DNA of 64,000 bases. It comes from Pseudomonadota bacterium. GTDB lineage: Bacteria > Myxococcota_A > Polyangia > Palsa-1104 > JAEUJZ01. The notes under the pieces were generated by a model. The model had not been told where the DNA came from, did not search any database, and saw nothing but the letters and a program-made list of their open reading frames with translations. The stretch is taken from positions 3,529 through 67,528 of the forward strand of contig DAOLIT010000010.1 in the NCBI GenBank assembly GCA_035328405.1. Reading direction: 5' to 3'. The position numbers were made by a program, and so were the translations under genes. Within the stretch, counting starts at the first letter, position 1. The number at the start of each line of letters is the position of its first letter. Below, piece after piece: positions 1 to 10,266 of this stretch.

Positions 1-786
1 CCGAGTTACATGAGCCCGGAACAGATTGTGGGCGAACGGCTGGATTGGCGTTCAGATCAATTTTCGCTGGGCGTGGTGCTGTACCAAATGCTGACGGGAG
101 CAAAGCCGTTTGTGGAAGACGACCGTCACACCCTGGCCGAGAAGATTCGGACGCAGCCGCATCCGTCGATGGACAAACGCTGCCCTCGGGTGCCGCCGAA
201 GCTTGCGAACATCGTCAACCGCTGCCTGCACAAAAAGAAAAACGATCGATACCGGACGCCCGAACAACTGCTTTGCGCGCTGGAAGGTTTCGTCGGGGAG
301 CGCGTGGAAGCCAACGGCCATGCACACATCGTGGAGTTTCTGGTCGAGCATGGATTGCAACCGCGTTCCTCTCTCGCTGCGGATCGGTCGATCGCGACGG
401 TGAAAGCTCGGCGACGCTTGGTACTTCCAAACGCGATGCGACTGCCTCTTGCGCATGCAGCGGTGCTGGTCTTGTTTTTGTCGTCAGTGGCGCTCGTGCG
501 GGCACTCTTGCCGGGCTTGTTGCCATCGCCTCTTGCCGCACCGACGGTGCCGAACGAAAAACTGGCTCGGTTGTCCCTGACGGCTGATCCGTGGGCGGAA
601 GTGGTCATCGACGAGACGGTTGTGGAAACGACGCCGTTTGCGACGCCTTTGCGCTTGTGGCCGGGCCGGCATTTCGTCGAGCTGCGCGGCCCGTTTTTTC
701 GGCCCGTTCGACAGGTGTTGGATCTCTCGGCAGGCGAACACCGAACGATGCACGTCCGCATGCAGCGCTGGGGACAAGAAAAATGA
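1..786 (+). CDS. Ser/Thr protein kinase, C-terminal part (5' truncated by window edge)
   Basis: ORF 10..786 begins mid-kinase with the C-lobe motif '[20 protein letters not shown]' (post-APE helix), then a hydrophobic TM-like stretch ([16 protein letters not shown]). No start codon in window. Confidence 0.75.
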   Translation, partial: PSYMSPEQIVGERLDWRSDQFSLGVVLYQMLTGAKPFVEDDRHTLAEKIRTQPHPSMDKRCPRVPPKLANIVNRCLHKKKNDRYRTPEQLLCALEGFVGERVEANGHAHIVEFLVEHGLQPRSSLAADRSIATVKARRRLVLPNAMRLPLAHAAVLVLFLSSVALVRALLPGLLPSPLAAPTVPNEKLARLSLTADPWAEVVIDETVVETTPFATPLRLWPGRHFVELRGPFFRPVRQVLDLSAGEHRTMHVRMQRWGQEK

Positions 787-1271
787 GACGGCATCTTCAA
801 GCGTGTGGGGTCGCGGGTTGGGTCGTTTGGGCAGGGTCTTTTCCGGCCTTGGCTCGGACAGAATCGGTGGGACCGGCGAAAAGCACGGTGGCGAGTCGAA
901 TGAAGATGACCGGCGCGCCTCAGAAACATGACGCGAGGGGAGCGGTGGCGGTGGTGTCGCCGTCTCACAAAGTCGAACGCGCTCGGTTTGATGTGGGGTT
1001 TCTGAAGGCAAAACAACTGTTTCAGACGGGCCAATATGTCGAGTCGGTGGTGTTGCTGACTCGAACGCTCGCGGAAACCCAACCGACGCTGGACCAGCAA
1101 GTGCAGGCCTATGAGCTTTTGGCGAGCGGATATGTTGCGCTCGGGCAACGGGACTTGTCGATCGGGGTGTTTCTTGCGCTGTTGCGCCTGCGACCGGACT
1201 TTGAACTCGATCCGGTCAAGGTGTCCCCAAAAATTCGGGCGGTTCTCGACGAAGCGCGGACACGGCTGTAA
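783..1271 (+). CDS. TPR-like repeat protein, hypothetical
   Basis: In-frame ATG at 783 overlaps the kinase stop (ATGA). Helical repeat-like C-terminal half ([29 protein letters not shown]). Confidence 0.45.
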   Translation: MRRHLQACGVAGWVVWAGSFPALARTESVGPAKSTVASRMKMTGAPQKHDARGAVAVVSPSHKVERARFDVGFLKAKQLFQTGQYVESVVLLTRTLAETQPTLDQQVQAYELLASGYVALGQRDLSIGVFLALLRLRPDFELDPVKVSPKIRAVLDEARTRL

Positions 1272-1319
1272 GAAAAGCGCGCTTTTCGCCGGCAAAAAAA
1301 GAGTGTACATCCCGTTTCC

Positions 1320-2639
1320 ATGCGTATCCGCGTCGCGTGCGTCAGGTGGCTGGTTGTTTGTTTCGCGGTTTTGCCAACGGAAATTGGAGCAACGGACAAT
1401 GGGAGCTTGGCAGAACTTTCGTTCGATTCTGCGCTGCAAGAAGCTTTGTCGGCACCGAGGCTGACTGCCACCTCGAAGGCCCTTTCGGACAAGCGTGAGA
1501 TGGATCGAAACATCTCGACGGTGACGAACAACCCTCAGGTTGCTATCCAGGCCGGATATCGTCGGGAAACAGAGGTGGGAGGTCTGGAAGCGCAAGTGAA
1601 TGCTCAGCAGCCGTTCTCGTTCGGGCAGTACTCGCGGGCTCGAAAACAGGCGGCGCACGCAGAACAAAAACAACTTGAAGCGGAACTGGCTCGTCTGAGG
1701 TTTGACCGAACACTTGCAGCGGGACGAGCTTGGTTGCGTTTGTGGGGGACGATGCAAGTCCTTCACGCAGCGGAGCACGAGGTCGAATTGGCCCAGAAAT
1801 TGGCCGAACGAACGGCGCGAGCGGTGCACATCGGCGCGATGACGATGGCCGACAAAAGCGAAGCGGAAAGTTACTTGGCCGAGGCTGAACTGAGTCTGCT
1901 GTCGCTGGAAGGAGAAGCGTTCGAGCAAGGTTTGGAACTTTCCGCGAGTCTTGGTCGGGGTGGGCAAGCGCCTCTTCGGCCCAAAGGCAAGTTGCCGTCG
2001 ATTGCGTTGCCCGACATGAACGACGCGATGCGCAAAACGCTGTTTTCACAGGCGGCGCTTTTTCCGTCGGTGAAGGAAACACAGGAGGCGGTTGCCGCCG
2101 AGGCAGCGCGGCTCGAAGAATTGCGCAGCCAGAAGGCAGGTTCGATGTGGCTTGGGGCTCAGTTTGCACGGGAACCGACGGTGCCGTATTCGCTGGTGGG
2201 CCTTTTGGGGTTTCAATTGCCGCTGTTCGATCGAGGCGAACGCGAACGAGCCAACGCTCTTTCGGTGCTCGCACAAAAACAGGGCGATTTTGCCGAAAGC
2301 ACGCTGGCGGCGCGGATTCGTGTGACGTGGGCGCTGCACGATTTGGAACACAGCGACGAGATCGTGCGAAAGCTGCGCGACACGGCACTGCCCGCGACGG
2401 AACAAACGCTGCGGCTGAAAGAACGTCTTTTGGAACTCGGCGAAGCAACGATTTTGGAAGTGTTGCTTCAGCGACGGGCGGCATTCTCGCAAAGAGGCCG
2501 TCTGGGTCGCGCACAAGCCGAACACGCCGCGAGCCGCTTTTTCCTGTCGCAGCTTTTGCAGCATCTTCACAGTGAGCCACCCACGGCACCCCCGACCTAC
2601 ACGCCGACACATACACCCACTGTCGGAGCCAAGCCATGA
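1320..2639 (+). CDS. outer-membrane efflux protein (TolC/CzcC family) of RND system
   Basis: 439 aa with signal-like N-terminus. Coiled-coil/OMP-like composition. Stop overlaps the next gene's start (ATGA at 2636), first of a three-gene coupled operon. Confidence 0.7.
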   Translation: MRIRVACVRWLVVCFAVLPTEIGATDNGSLAELSFDSALQEALSAPRLTATSKALSDKREMDRNISTVTNNPQVAIQAGYRRETEVGGLEAQVNAQQPFSFGQYSRARKQAAHAEQKQLEAELARLRFDRTLAAGRAWLRLWGTMQVLHAAEHEVELAQKLAERTARAVHIGAMTMADKSEAESYLAEAELSLLSLEGEAFEQGLELSASLGRGGQAPLRPKGKLPSIALPDMNDAMRKTLFSQAALFPSVKETQEAVAAEAARLEELRSQKAGSMWLGAQFAREPTVPYSLVGLLGFQLPLFDRGERERANALSVLAQKQGDFAESTLAARIRVTWALHDLEHSDEIVRKLRDTALPATEQTLRLKERLLELGEATILEVLLQRRAAFSQRGRLGRAQAEHAASRFFLSQLLQHLHSEPPTAPPTYTPTHTPTVGAKP

Positions 2640-3799
2640 AGCGGGAAATGGCGCTCGGGTTGGTTGGCCTGGTGTGGACCGCATGGGGTTGCCAAAAAAA
2701 CACCGTTGAGGTAGCGCAACATCACACCTTGCCCGACGCAGCACAAACCGCAGGGCTCACGAGCGCAGCCACGCCGTGGGTGAAACTTCAGCCCAGCGCG
2801 CAAACTCCGTTGTTCGAGGGTCCGGCGCAAATCCTTCCGTCGCCGGGCTCGATCGCCAACGTGATGCCAGTGTTTTCGGCGCAGGTCACGAAACTCTTGG
2901 TGCAACCGGGACAGCGCGTGGCGGCAGGTGAGCCGGTTTGCATCGTGCTGGCCCCCGAAGTCCTGCGAGCGGCAGGCAGTCTTGTCGGCGCGGGTCTGCG
3001 GCTGCAAGCGCACCTTCAGCGAAAAGAACAGCTTTTGGCGCTCAAAAACGAGGGTTTGGCGCGGCTTTCGGATCAGCTCGAAACCGACGCACGGATCGCT
3101 GAGGCCAAAGCCACGCAACTGGAGGCCACAGCCGTGTTGCAAGCGGCGGGTGTTTCGGCGCACGAGGCGGCTACTTTTTTGCAAAACGGCGGAAAAATCA
3201 CGTTGCGCAGCCCGATTGCGGGCGTGGTGGTCAGCGTCAGCGTCAATCTGGGAAATGTGGTTTCGCCGGGGACCGCGCTTTTGAAAATCGTGGGCGCGCA
3301 GGACCATCGCATCGAGGCGCGGCTTCTGTCGAACGTGCCGGAACATGCGCGATTTGAACTGCGGCTGCCGTCGGGAAAACGAATGCCGCTGCGGCTTCTG
3401 GAACGCTCTCCGCAAGCCGACAGCCGAGATGGAACGCGGCTTTCGTGGCTGGTCGTCGAGGAAAGCGGCGCGCCCGGAAACCTGACCGGAAATACGCCAG
3501 CGACCAGCGAAGCAGAGCTCGTTCCGGGGTTGTGGGGAAAAGTGGTTGTCCTGTCCAAACCCCAACAGGGACAGGACAAATCGTATGTCGTTCCGTCGAG
3601 AGCACTGAAAATTGTGGGCACGGGAGCGCAGATTGTTCGGCGCGGCGCAAAAGACCAACCGGAACCCGTTTCGGTTCGAGTGCAGTGGAGTTCTTCCGTC
3701 GAGGCTCTGGTTTCTGCGCCGGAACTCCGCGACGACGATTGGATTGCGCAGGACGCCAGCCAGCACCAATTGAGCGGTGTGGGCGGAGTGGAACGATGA
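2636..3799 (+). CDS. RND efflux membrane fusion protein (periplasmic adaptor, HlyD/CzcB-like)
   Basis: 387 aa with N-terminal lipoprotein-like signal (WTAWGC) and biotinyl/lipoyl-like hairpin (VKLLVQPGQRVAAGEPVCIV). Stop overlaps next start (ATGA at 3796). Confidence 0.75.
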   Translation: MKREMALGLVGLVWTAWGCQKNTVEVAQHHTLPDAAQTAGLTSAATPWVKLQPSAQTPLFEGPAQILPSPGSIANVMPVFSAQVTKLLVQPGQRVAAGEPVCIVLAPEVLRAAGSLVGAGLRLQAHLQRKEQLLALKNEGLARLSDQLETDARIAEAKATQLEATAVLQAAGVSAHEAATFLQNGGKITLRSPIAGVVVSVSVNLGNVVSPGTALLKIVGAQDHRIEARLLSNVPEHARFELRLPSGKRMPLRLLERSPQADSRDGTRLSWLVVEESGAPGNLTGNTPATSEAELVPGLWGKVVVLSKPQQGQDKSYVVPSRALKIVGTGAQIVRRGAKDQPEPVSVRVQWSSSVEALVSAPELRDDDWIAQDASQHQLSGVGGVER

Positions 3800-6700
3800 G
3801 CGGGGCCCATTCAGACGAAGAAACGAACTCGTGGGTGGCGAAATGGGCGAAAGGTTCCGTGCTCCACCGTCGAACTGCTGTGCTGGTTTGGCTGGCAGTG
3901 ATGGCGGTTTTTGCGGTTCTTTCGACGAGGCTCAAATTCGACGCGCTGCCGGACATCACCAACAACCAAGTGTTGGTTTTGACACGCGCGCCGGGTTTTT
4001 CCCCCGAGGAAGTCGAACGGTTGGTGACGCGCCCGATTGAGGTTGCGCTCGGTGGCCTGCCGGGACTCGTCGAGCAGCGCAGCATTTCGCGGTTCGGAAT
4101 CTCGTCGGTGACGGCAGTGTTCGAGGACGAGGTACCGGTGCTCGATGCCCGTCAGCTCATCACCGAGCGGCTCGATACAGCCGACTTGCCCTCGCAAACC
4201 GAGAAACCTCAACTTGGACCGATTACGGGTGGCTTGGGCGAGATTTTCCATGTCGCTGTCACCTCTTCCCAACGGACACCTAGAGAACTTCTAGAACTTT
4301 CCACGCTCCAAATCGCACCACGTTTGCGTTCGGTTCCTGGTGTGGTCGAAGTCAACACCTGGGGAGGGCAAGAACGAACCATGGACGTGCGGGTCGATCC
4401 GATGCGCCTGGCGACGAGAAGACTCGATCTTCGACGGGTGCGAAACACGTTGGAAAACAGCATCGGCGGCGTCGCGGGGACTGCACTGCCGGCTGGATCG
4501 GGGCAAGCCCTGTTGCGAGGGACTTTCTATCCGCAAATTCCGGCAGAGATTGGTGGTTTGTTGCTCGAAGCCGGTTCGGATGCTCCGTCTGAGGACGGCG
4601 TGCCGCCCGTGCGCGTCGGCGATGTGGCCGAGATTTTGGAAGGAGAACGTCCCAGGCTCGGGGCAGCGTCGAGAAATGGCCAAGGGGAAACGGTCTACCT
4701 GATGGCGCAAATGCTCCGTGGGGAAAACGCGCTCCAAGTGATGTCTGGCCTGACCGAGCGCATGGAGCACATCAAAGAACAACTGCCGAAAGACGTTCGT
4801 GTCGAGCTGATTTATGACCGCAGTCATTTGGTGATGAACACGCTGCGCACCGTCGGAAAAAACCTGCTCGAGGGCGCGCTGTTGGTGGTCAGTTTGTTGC
4901 TCTTGCTCCTCGGGAGTTTTCGCGCGGCGCTTCTGACGGCTCTGGCGATTCCGCTCTCGATGCTGGGAGCGGCGATCGGCATGGTCGCGTTTGGCATTCC
5001 GGGCAATCTGATGAGCCTCGGCGCGCTTGATTTCGGCCTTCTCGTCGATGGTTCCGTCGTGATGGTCGAGCATCTGTTTCATCGCCTGGACGCGACCCAG
5101 GAATACGACGCGACAAGCTGGCAACGCGCCGTCGGACAAGCGTGCCAGGAAGTGGCCAAACCGGTGCTGTTTTCCGTCACGGTCATTTTGCTTGTGTATG
5201 TGCCAGTGCTTTCGTTGGATGGCGTCGAGGGAAAGATGTTTCGACCGATGGCGGCGACGGTGGTGTTTGCGCTGTTTACGTCGCTGCTCCTGGCGTTGTC
5301 GTTCATTCCCGCCAGCGCAAGTTTCCTGCTTTCTCGACGAGAGGTCGGCAAAGTTCAGGCTGCGCCGCCGTTCTTGTTTCGATGGTTTTTGCGTGCATAT
5401 CGACCGGCGTTGTTTTGGTCGGTGCGTCATCCGCTGTGGGTCGGGGGAGCTTCTGCGTTGCTGCTCGTCGTCGGGTTGGGTCTGTTTTTGCGTGCAGGCA
5501 GTGAATTTGTCCCCCAGCTCGACGAGGGCGACATGGTGATTCAGACCACGCGCTCGTCGGACATTTCGCTCCCTCAAGCGGTTTCGGAAGCTGGAAAATT
5601 GGAACGGGTGTTGCTGTCGGAGATTCCAGAAGTCACCCAAGTGGTTTCGCGCGTCGGAAGTCCGTCGGTGGCGACCGACATCATGGGCCTTGAACAAGCC
5701 GATGTGTTCGTCGCCCTCAAACCGCGCGAATCGTGGCGGAAAGGACTGTCGCGAGAAGCCCTGATCGAGGAAATCGACAAACTTCTTGCACGTCGAGCAC
5801 CCGGCGGCGATCCGTCGTTTACGCAACCCATTCAAATGCGTTTCAACGAAATACTCGCTGGTGCGGTCAGCGACGTGGCGGTGAGCGTTTTCGGAGAAGA
5901 TCTGCGCGAACTCCGACGGCTGGCCGAAGCGGTTGAAACCGAGTGCCGACAGGAAAAAGGGGCCGAGGATGTCAAAATTTTGGCTCCGCCTGAAATTGCC
6001 CTGTTGGAAGTGCGCCCCCGTCCGATGGACGCTGCTTTGGCGAGCCTGTCCGTCGGCGAAGTCCTCGAGGCCGTGCAAGCGTTGCGCACGGGCATACAGG
6101 TAGGTGTCACATTCGACGGGCCGCTAAAAATACCGGTCCAGTTGCGCATGCTCTCCGAGTCACCGACGGCGTTCTCGCTTCCGACGGTGCCGCTACCCAT
6201 CTCAACAGGCGGAGTCGTCCCGCTTTCTCGCGTGGCTGACATCGAGCTGCGCAAAGCGCCCGCGCTTGTGTTGCGACACAACGGGGAACGTCGGCTGCTC
6301 GTCGGTTTCAATGTGCGTGGAAAAGACTTGGGTTCTCTCGTCGCAAACCTGCAAACAAGAGTCGCAAAAACCGTGAAACTGCCGCCGGGCTATCGCATCG
6401 AATGGGGCGGTCAGTACGAGACGCTCGCGGCGGCAAAAAAGCGTTTGCGCGTCGTGATTCCGGTCGTTTTGCTCGGAATTTCCGCATTGCTCATCCTGTT
6501 GTTCCGTCGCACACGCCCGGCACTATTGCTTTTGGCACACGTTCCGTTTGCCTGCGTCGGAGGCATGGTCGCGCTGGCCATTCGCGGAATGCCAGTGTCC
6601 ATTTCGGCGGCGATTGGTTTTATTGCTCTATCGGGGATTGCGGTTTTGAACGGCGTGGTGCTGGTGGCGACGCTGCTCGATTTGGAAAAACACGGCGCAG

Positions 6701-7122
6701 AAGCCCACACTGCTGCGCGCGAGGCAGCTCTCTCGAGACTTCGGCCCGTGCTCATGACGGCGCTTGTCGCTGCCTTCGGTTTTGTTCCGATGATGCTCGC
6801 CAAAGGTGTAGGCGCCGAAGTGCAAAGGCCACTTGCGACGGTGGTGGTGGGCGGGCTCGTCACTTCCACGTTGCTGACGCTCTTTATTTTGCCGACGCTG
6901 TATCCGTTTCTGTCCGGTCGAGCCAAGCTGCCCAGTCCAAAAAATCCGCCACAAATTTCGACGGACTTTCCAACGGAAATTCCGCCAGAAAATCCGCCAG
7001 ACATTTCGCCAGAAAACTTGACGAGACAATCGCCAGAAACCGGAGAGGCTGAGGAAACGGCACCAGACAGCGAAGTTGCGGAAAAACCCGTTTCAGAAGG
7101 CGAAGGTTCCTCTGCCGATTGA
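3796..7122 (+). CDS. heavy-metal-efflux type RND permease (CzcA/CusA family)
   Basis: N-terminus ALPDITNNQVLVLTRAPGFSPEEVERLVTRPIEVALGGLPGLVEQRSISRFGISSVTAVFED closely matches CzcA-type pumps. 12-TM pattern. Low-complexity C-terminal tail (PPQISTDFPTEIPPENPPDISPEN...). Confidence 0.85.
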   Translation: MSGAHSDEETNSWVAKWAKGSVLHRRTAVLVWLAVMAVFAVLSTRLKFDALPDITNNQVLVLTRAPGFSPEEVERLVTRPIEVALGGLPGLVEQRSISRFGISSVTAVFEDEVPVLDARQLITERLDTADLPSQTEKPQLGPITGGLGEIFHVAVTSSQRTPRELLELSTLQIAPRLRSVPGVVEVNTWGGQERTMDVRVDPMRLATRRLDLRRVRNTLENSIGGVAGTALPAGSGQALLRGTFYPQIPAEIGGLLLEAGSDAPSEDGVPPVRVGDVAEILEGERPRLGAASRNGQGETVYLMAQMLRGENALQVMSGLTERMEHIKEQLPKDVRVELIYDRSHLVMNTLRTVGKNLLEGALLVVSLLLLLLGSFRAALLTALAIPLSMLGAAIGMVAFGIPGNLMSLGALDFGLLVDGSVVMVEHLFHRLDATQEYDATSWQRAVGQACQEVAKPVLFSVTVILLVYVPVLSLDGVEGKMFRPMAATVVFALFTSLLLALSFIPASASFLLSRREVGKVQAAPPFLFRWFLRAYRPALFWSVRHPLWVGGASALLLVVGLGLFLRAGSEFVPQLDEGDMVIQTTRSSDISLPQAVSEAGKLERVLLSEIPEVTQVVSRVGSPSVATDIMGLEQADVFVALKPRESWRKGLSREALIEEIDKLLARRAPGGDPSFTQPIQMRFNEILAGAVSDVAVSVFGEDLRELRRLAEAVETECRQEKGAEDVKILAPPEIALLEVRPRPMDAALASLSVGEVLEAVQALRTGIQVGVTFDGPLKIPVQLRMLSESPTAFSLPTVPLPISTGGVVPLSRVADIELRKAPALVLRHNGERRLLVGFNVRGKDLGSLVANLQTRVAKTVKLPPGYRIEWGGQYETLAAAKKRLRVVIPVVLLGISALLILLFRRTRPALLLLAHVPFACVGGMVALAIRGMPVSISAAIGFIALSGIAVLNGVVLVATLLDLEKHGAEAHTAAREAALSRLRPVLMTALVAAFGFVPMMLAKGVGAEVQRPLATVVVGGLVTSTLLTLFILPTLYPFLSGRAKLPSPKNPPQISTDFPTEIPPENPPDISPENLTRQSPETGEAEETAPDSEVAEKPVSEGEGSSAD

Positions 7123-7169
7123 GCGATCGCGGACGTACACTCGTCATCAAGCGTGAGGAGTCCCGTTCC

Positions 7170-8732
7170 ATGACCTTGACCCTGCGAGCGTTTTTGTGTT
7201 GTGCGTTGCTCAGTGCTCCGCTTTCGGTGGTGCGCGCCGACGGTCCGGCGGAAACCCCAAACTACGACGAACCCGAAACCAACCCGATCGACGACGGCCA
7301 AACGGGCCAAGTCTATCAACCCCCACCGGAAGGCATCTGTTTCGACGACGAAAACCAAATGTACGACTGTAGCAAAGACGAAGACTTCCAAAGCTACAGC
7401 AATCTCGACGACGGATACGACCCAAGCGCGTTCGACGACTTCCGAGACGCGCTTTCGCCGTACGGACAGTGGGTGCAGACACCACAGTATGGGCAAGTAT
7501 GGGTGCCTTCCTCAGATGCAGTCGGGCAGGATTTCACGCCGTATTACACCGGGGGCCGCTGGAACTACACCGACTATGGCTGGACCTGGGTTTCCGAATA
7601 CAACTGGGGGTGGGCCCCCTTCCATTACGGACGATGGCTTGTGCTGCCTGGGTTTGGTTGGTCTTGGGTGCCTGGGCGAATTTGGGGGCCCGCTTGGGTT
7701 CATTGGAGAACGGGCGGCGGGTATGTCGGTTGGACTCCTCTTCCGCCGCGCGGCATGGTGATCCCGCGACCTGTCATGGGAGCGCGCTTTTTGCCATGGG
7801 TATTCGTGGCTGCGCACGAAATTTTGGCCCCCCGTCCCATCAGAATCGGCCTGCACCTTCTGCCGAATCTTTTTCTGCGAACAACGATTGCGAACGACTA
7901 CCGATCGATCGGCACAAACCGGGTGATTGTCGGGCCTCCGTTGCATCACTTCCCCGGTGTCCGCGTCGTGCCTGCTCCGCTCGGTTCCATCCAAATTTCG
8001 TTGCCACGTTCCCACGTCGTTGTGCGTCCTGGCGTGCCTCTGTTTCAGCGAAGCTATTACTCTCCCTACAATCGACCGGGAGCATTCCAGGGACCACCCA
8101 ATCGTCCGGGGTTCCCGCTTCCTTATCAACGTCCGGGGTTCCCGCCTCCTTATCAACGTCCGGGGTTCCCGCCTCCTTATCAACGTCCGGGGTTCCCGCC
8201 CCCTTATCAACGTCCGGGGTTCCCGCCGGCTGGGCAGAATCCGGGTTTTCCATCTCCTCATCAGCGTCCGGGGTTCCCTCCGCCCTCTCAAAGGCCGGGA
8301 TTCCCAACGGAGCCGACGCAACGACCCCCTGTTTTCCAGCCAGGACCTCAGCCACCGCTGCACAGGCCACCGATTTTTCAACGACCTGGCCACGATGAAC
8401 ACCCGCATCCAAACATGCCGCCCCAGCAGCAGCCCCAAGTTCCAGAGCATCGGCCCCCTTCCTATCCGCGCCCTACGTTTGAACCGCGCCCCGTTCCGCC
8501 TCCGGTACAGCGCCCTACTTTTGAACCGCGCCCCGTTCCGCCTCCGGTACAGCGCCCTACGTTTGAACCGCGCCCCGTTCCGCCTCCGGTACAGCGCCCT
8601 ACTTTTGAACCGCGCCCCGTTCCGCCTCCGGTCCACCGGCCTCCGGTGTTTCAGCCCCCTATGCATTCCCCGGCGACTCGCGTCGTCCAGCCTCCACCGC
8701 CGACGGGTCAACCCGCCTTTCGCCGTCGGTAA
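7170..8732 (+). CDS. secreted W/G/Y-rich domain protein with two proline-rich tandem repeat arrays
   Basis: Signal peptide MTLTLRAFLCCALLSAPLSVVRA; RBS GTGAGGAG 10 nt upstream. Trp-rich domain (YGQWVQTPQYGQVWVP...GWTWVSEYNWGWAPFHYGRW). Repeats (PGFPPPYQR)x~6 and (PTFEPRPVPPPVQR)x4. Confidence 0.7.
   Translation: MTLTLRAFLCCALLSAPLSVVRADGPAETPNYDEPETNPIDDGQTGQVYQPPPEGICFDDENQMYDCSKDEDFQSYSNLDDGYDPSAFDDFRDALSPYGQWVQTPQYGQVWVPSSDAVGQDFTPYYTGGRWNYTDYGWTWVSEYNWGWAPFHYGRWLVLPGFGWSWVPGRIWGPAWVHWRTGGGYVGWTPLPPRGMVIPRPVMGARFLPWVFVAAHEILAPRPIRIGLHLLPNLFLRTTIANDYRSIGTNRVIVGPPLHHFPGVRVVPAPLGSIQISLPRSHVVVRPGVPLFQRSYYSPYNRPGAFQGPPNRPGFPLPYQRPGFPPPYQRPGFPPPYQRPGFPPPYQRPGFPPAGQNPGFPSPHQRPGFPPPSQRPGFPTEPTQRPPVFQPGPQPPLHRPPIFQRPGHDEHPHPNMPPQQQPQVPEHRPPSYPRPTFEPRPVPPPVQRPTFEPRPVPPPVQRPTFEPRPVPPPVQRPTFEPRPVPPPVHRPPVFQPPMHSPATRVVQPPPPTGQPAFRRR
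8100..8235 (+). repeat. 30-bp in-frame tandem repeat x~4.5 (encodes PGFPPPYQRP)
   Basis: Direct read of near-identical 30-nt units 'cgtccggggttcccgcctccttatcaa'. Confidence 0.9.
8470..8645 (+). repeat. 45-bp in-frame tandem repeat x4 (encodes PTFEPRPVPPPVQRP)
   Basis: Direct read of four near-identical 45-nt units. Confidence 0.9.
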
Positions 8733-8744
8733 TCAGGTTTCATC

Positions 8745-10256
8745 ATGCGCCTTCCCTGGCTCGTACTAGCACTCCTTTTCATGCTCAACGCGGGTTGTTT
8801 GCGGCCCGTGCCACTGCGCGACGAGTGGGTGATGTCCGAGGTGTTGCACCGTTACAATGATTTTTTTCCTGCTCCGTCCACACAGACCCCGCGCGCCGGT
8901 CTTCTGCGTCCCCGCTTCGGTGTGCCCGCGATTGCTCAAACGGGTGCGGCATTCCCCCTTGAATTGCTCGAGCAATCCGGTGGACCGTCGCTGCGAGCGG
9001 CGCTGCTTGCCCCCGATGCCTCCCCTGAAGAAAGTGTACGCTGTCTTTCGGGTGAGCATTCTCCCCAGTGTTCCCTGCTTTCTCTGGTTGAAAAAGACCG
9101 CCGACCGATGAGCCCGCAGGCGGCATGGGTTTTGTACGAAGCCCGTCCGTCTTTTGCGCTGTCCCCTGGTGGCTATGATTTCGTTCTGTCCGACGGGAAA
9201 AGTGAATTTCAACGGAGCCCCCAAGCGGTTTGGTTTCGGAACGACAACCCCGAAACGCTGTCCACGCTCAGGGTCGCGCATTTGTCCGACCTACATGTAG
9301 GCAAGGGCGACAACCGACACTCTGCCGAAATCCTTGCGCGCCTCTTTCAAGTCATCACCGAAGTGAATCTTCAACAACCCGATCTGGTCGTCGTGACCGG
9401 GGATTTGGTCCACCGTGGCCAGATATCTGGCATGCAGTTTGGTGCCCAACAGGTTCTGCGTCACGTTCGCGCGCCCGTGCTGGTCATTTTGGGCAACCAC
9501 GACATTGAATTCGGCCTGTTTCGAGCCCCAGTTCGTCGGTACGGTGCCGGCTGGGTTCACTTTGCGCGGGCGTTTCATCCGTTCCTGCATTTTTCCGTGT
9601 CACTCGGTGGATACGATTTTGTCGGTTTCGATAGCGGTCCCGCTGTGCGCTCCTTTCGGATTCTGACTCGAGGCCTGCATCGCGACAGCCTCGACACGCT
9701 TGCGGCGGACCTGAATCAAGCTGCCGACAAAGGTCGCAAAGGTGTTGTCATGTTCTCGCATGCACCATCGCGGGCCGCGCTGACCAAAACCTTCCGTCCG
9801 ATGGGGGCGGGGTTTTTCGGACGCATGGATCAAGGGCGCGCCGAATTTGAGCGTTTGTTGATCGAGGGCGGTCGTCGGGGACTTCAGGTGTTGCACTTGG
9901 CCGGACACACACACTGGTCCGATGTATTCGATCTGGTCCCAGAAGGGCGTCGCCTCAACTTCCGACCGTGGCGCGATCTGTCCCCGTGCCTGCGTCCTTT
10001 GCGAACGCCCGTCGGAATCGTCACCACGCAGGCTGCATCGCACGCGGGTGTTTCCGGCAAAACGAACGCGCGAGGCTACGGTTTTTCCGTGATCGAACTC
10101 GGGGGGCATGTCCCACGGGTCGCTACAGTTCAACACGTCTCGAGCCGTGCCACTGAGTGCGCGCAGAACGGCGCGATCGTGCTCTCCAACACCAGCGCGG
10201 CCTTTCCGTCTGGCAAACCCCGCAGGCCGTCCGCATCGCCGTCGGGGGCTTTTTAG
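8745..10256 (+). CDS. calcineurin-like metallophosphoesterase lipoprotein
   Basis: Lipobox LNAGC. Metallophosphatase motifs 'LRVAHLSDLHVG', 'VVVTGDLVHRG', 'LVILGNHD'. Confidence 0.75.
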   Translation: MRLPWLVLALLFMLNAGCLRPVPLRDEWVMSEVLHRYNDFFPAPSTQTPRAGLLRPRFGVPAIAQTGAAFPLELLEQSGGPSLRAALLAPDASPEESVRCLSGEHSPQCSLLSLVEKDRRPMSPQAAWVLYEARPSFALSPGGYDFVLSDGKSEFQRSPQAVWFRNDNPETLSTLRVAHLSDLHVGKGDNRHSAEILARLFQVITEVNLQQPDLVVVTGDLVHRGQISGMQFGAQQVLRHVRAPVLVILGNHDIEFGLFRAPVRRYGAGWVHFARAFHPFLHFSVSLGGYDFVGFDSGPAVRSFRILTRGLHRDSLDTLAADLNQAADKGRKGVVMFSHAPSRAALTKTFRPMGAGFFGRMDQGRAEFERLLIEGGRRGLQVLHLAGHTHWSDVFDLVPEGRRLNFRPWRDLSPCLRPLRTPVGIVTTQAASHAGVSGKTNARGYGFSVIELGGHVPRVATVQHVSSRATECAQNGAIVLSNTSAAFPSGKPRRPSASPSGAF

Positions 10257-10266
10257 GAAACACGCC

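Noticed and set aside
10108-10266. N-terminal 53-aa extension of the pseudokinase ORF overlapping the metallophosphoesterase 3' end
   Set aside because: It overlaps the preceding gene. The internal ATG at 10267 lies 8 nt after that gene's stop and gives a sensible start.
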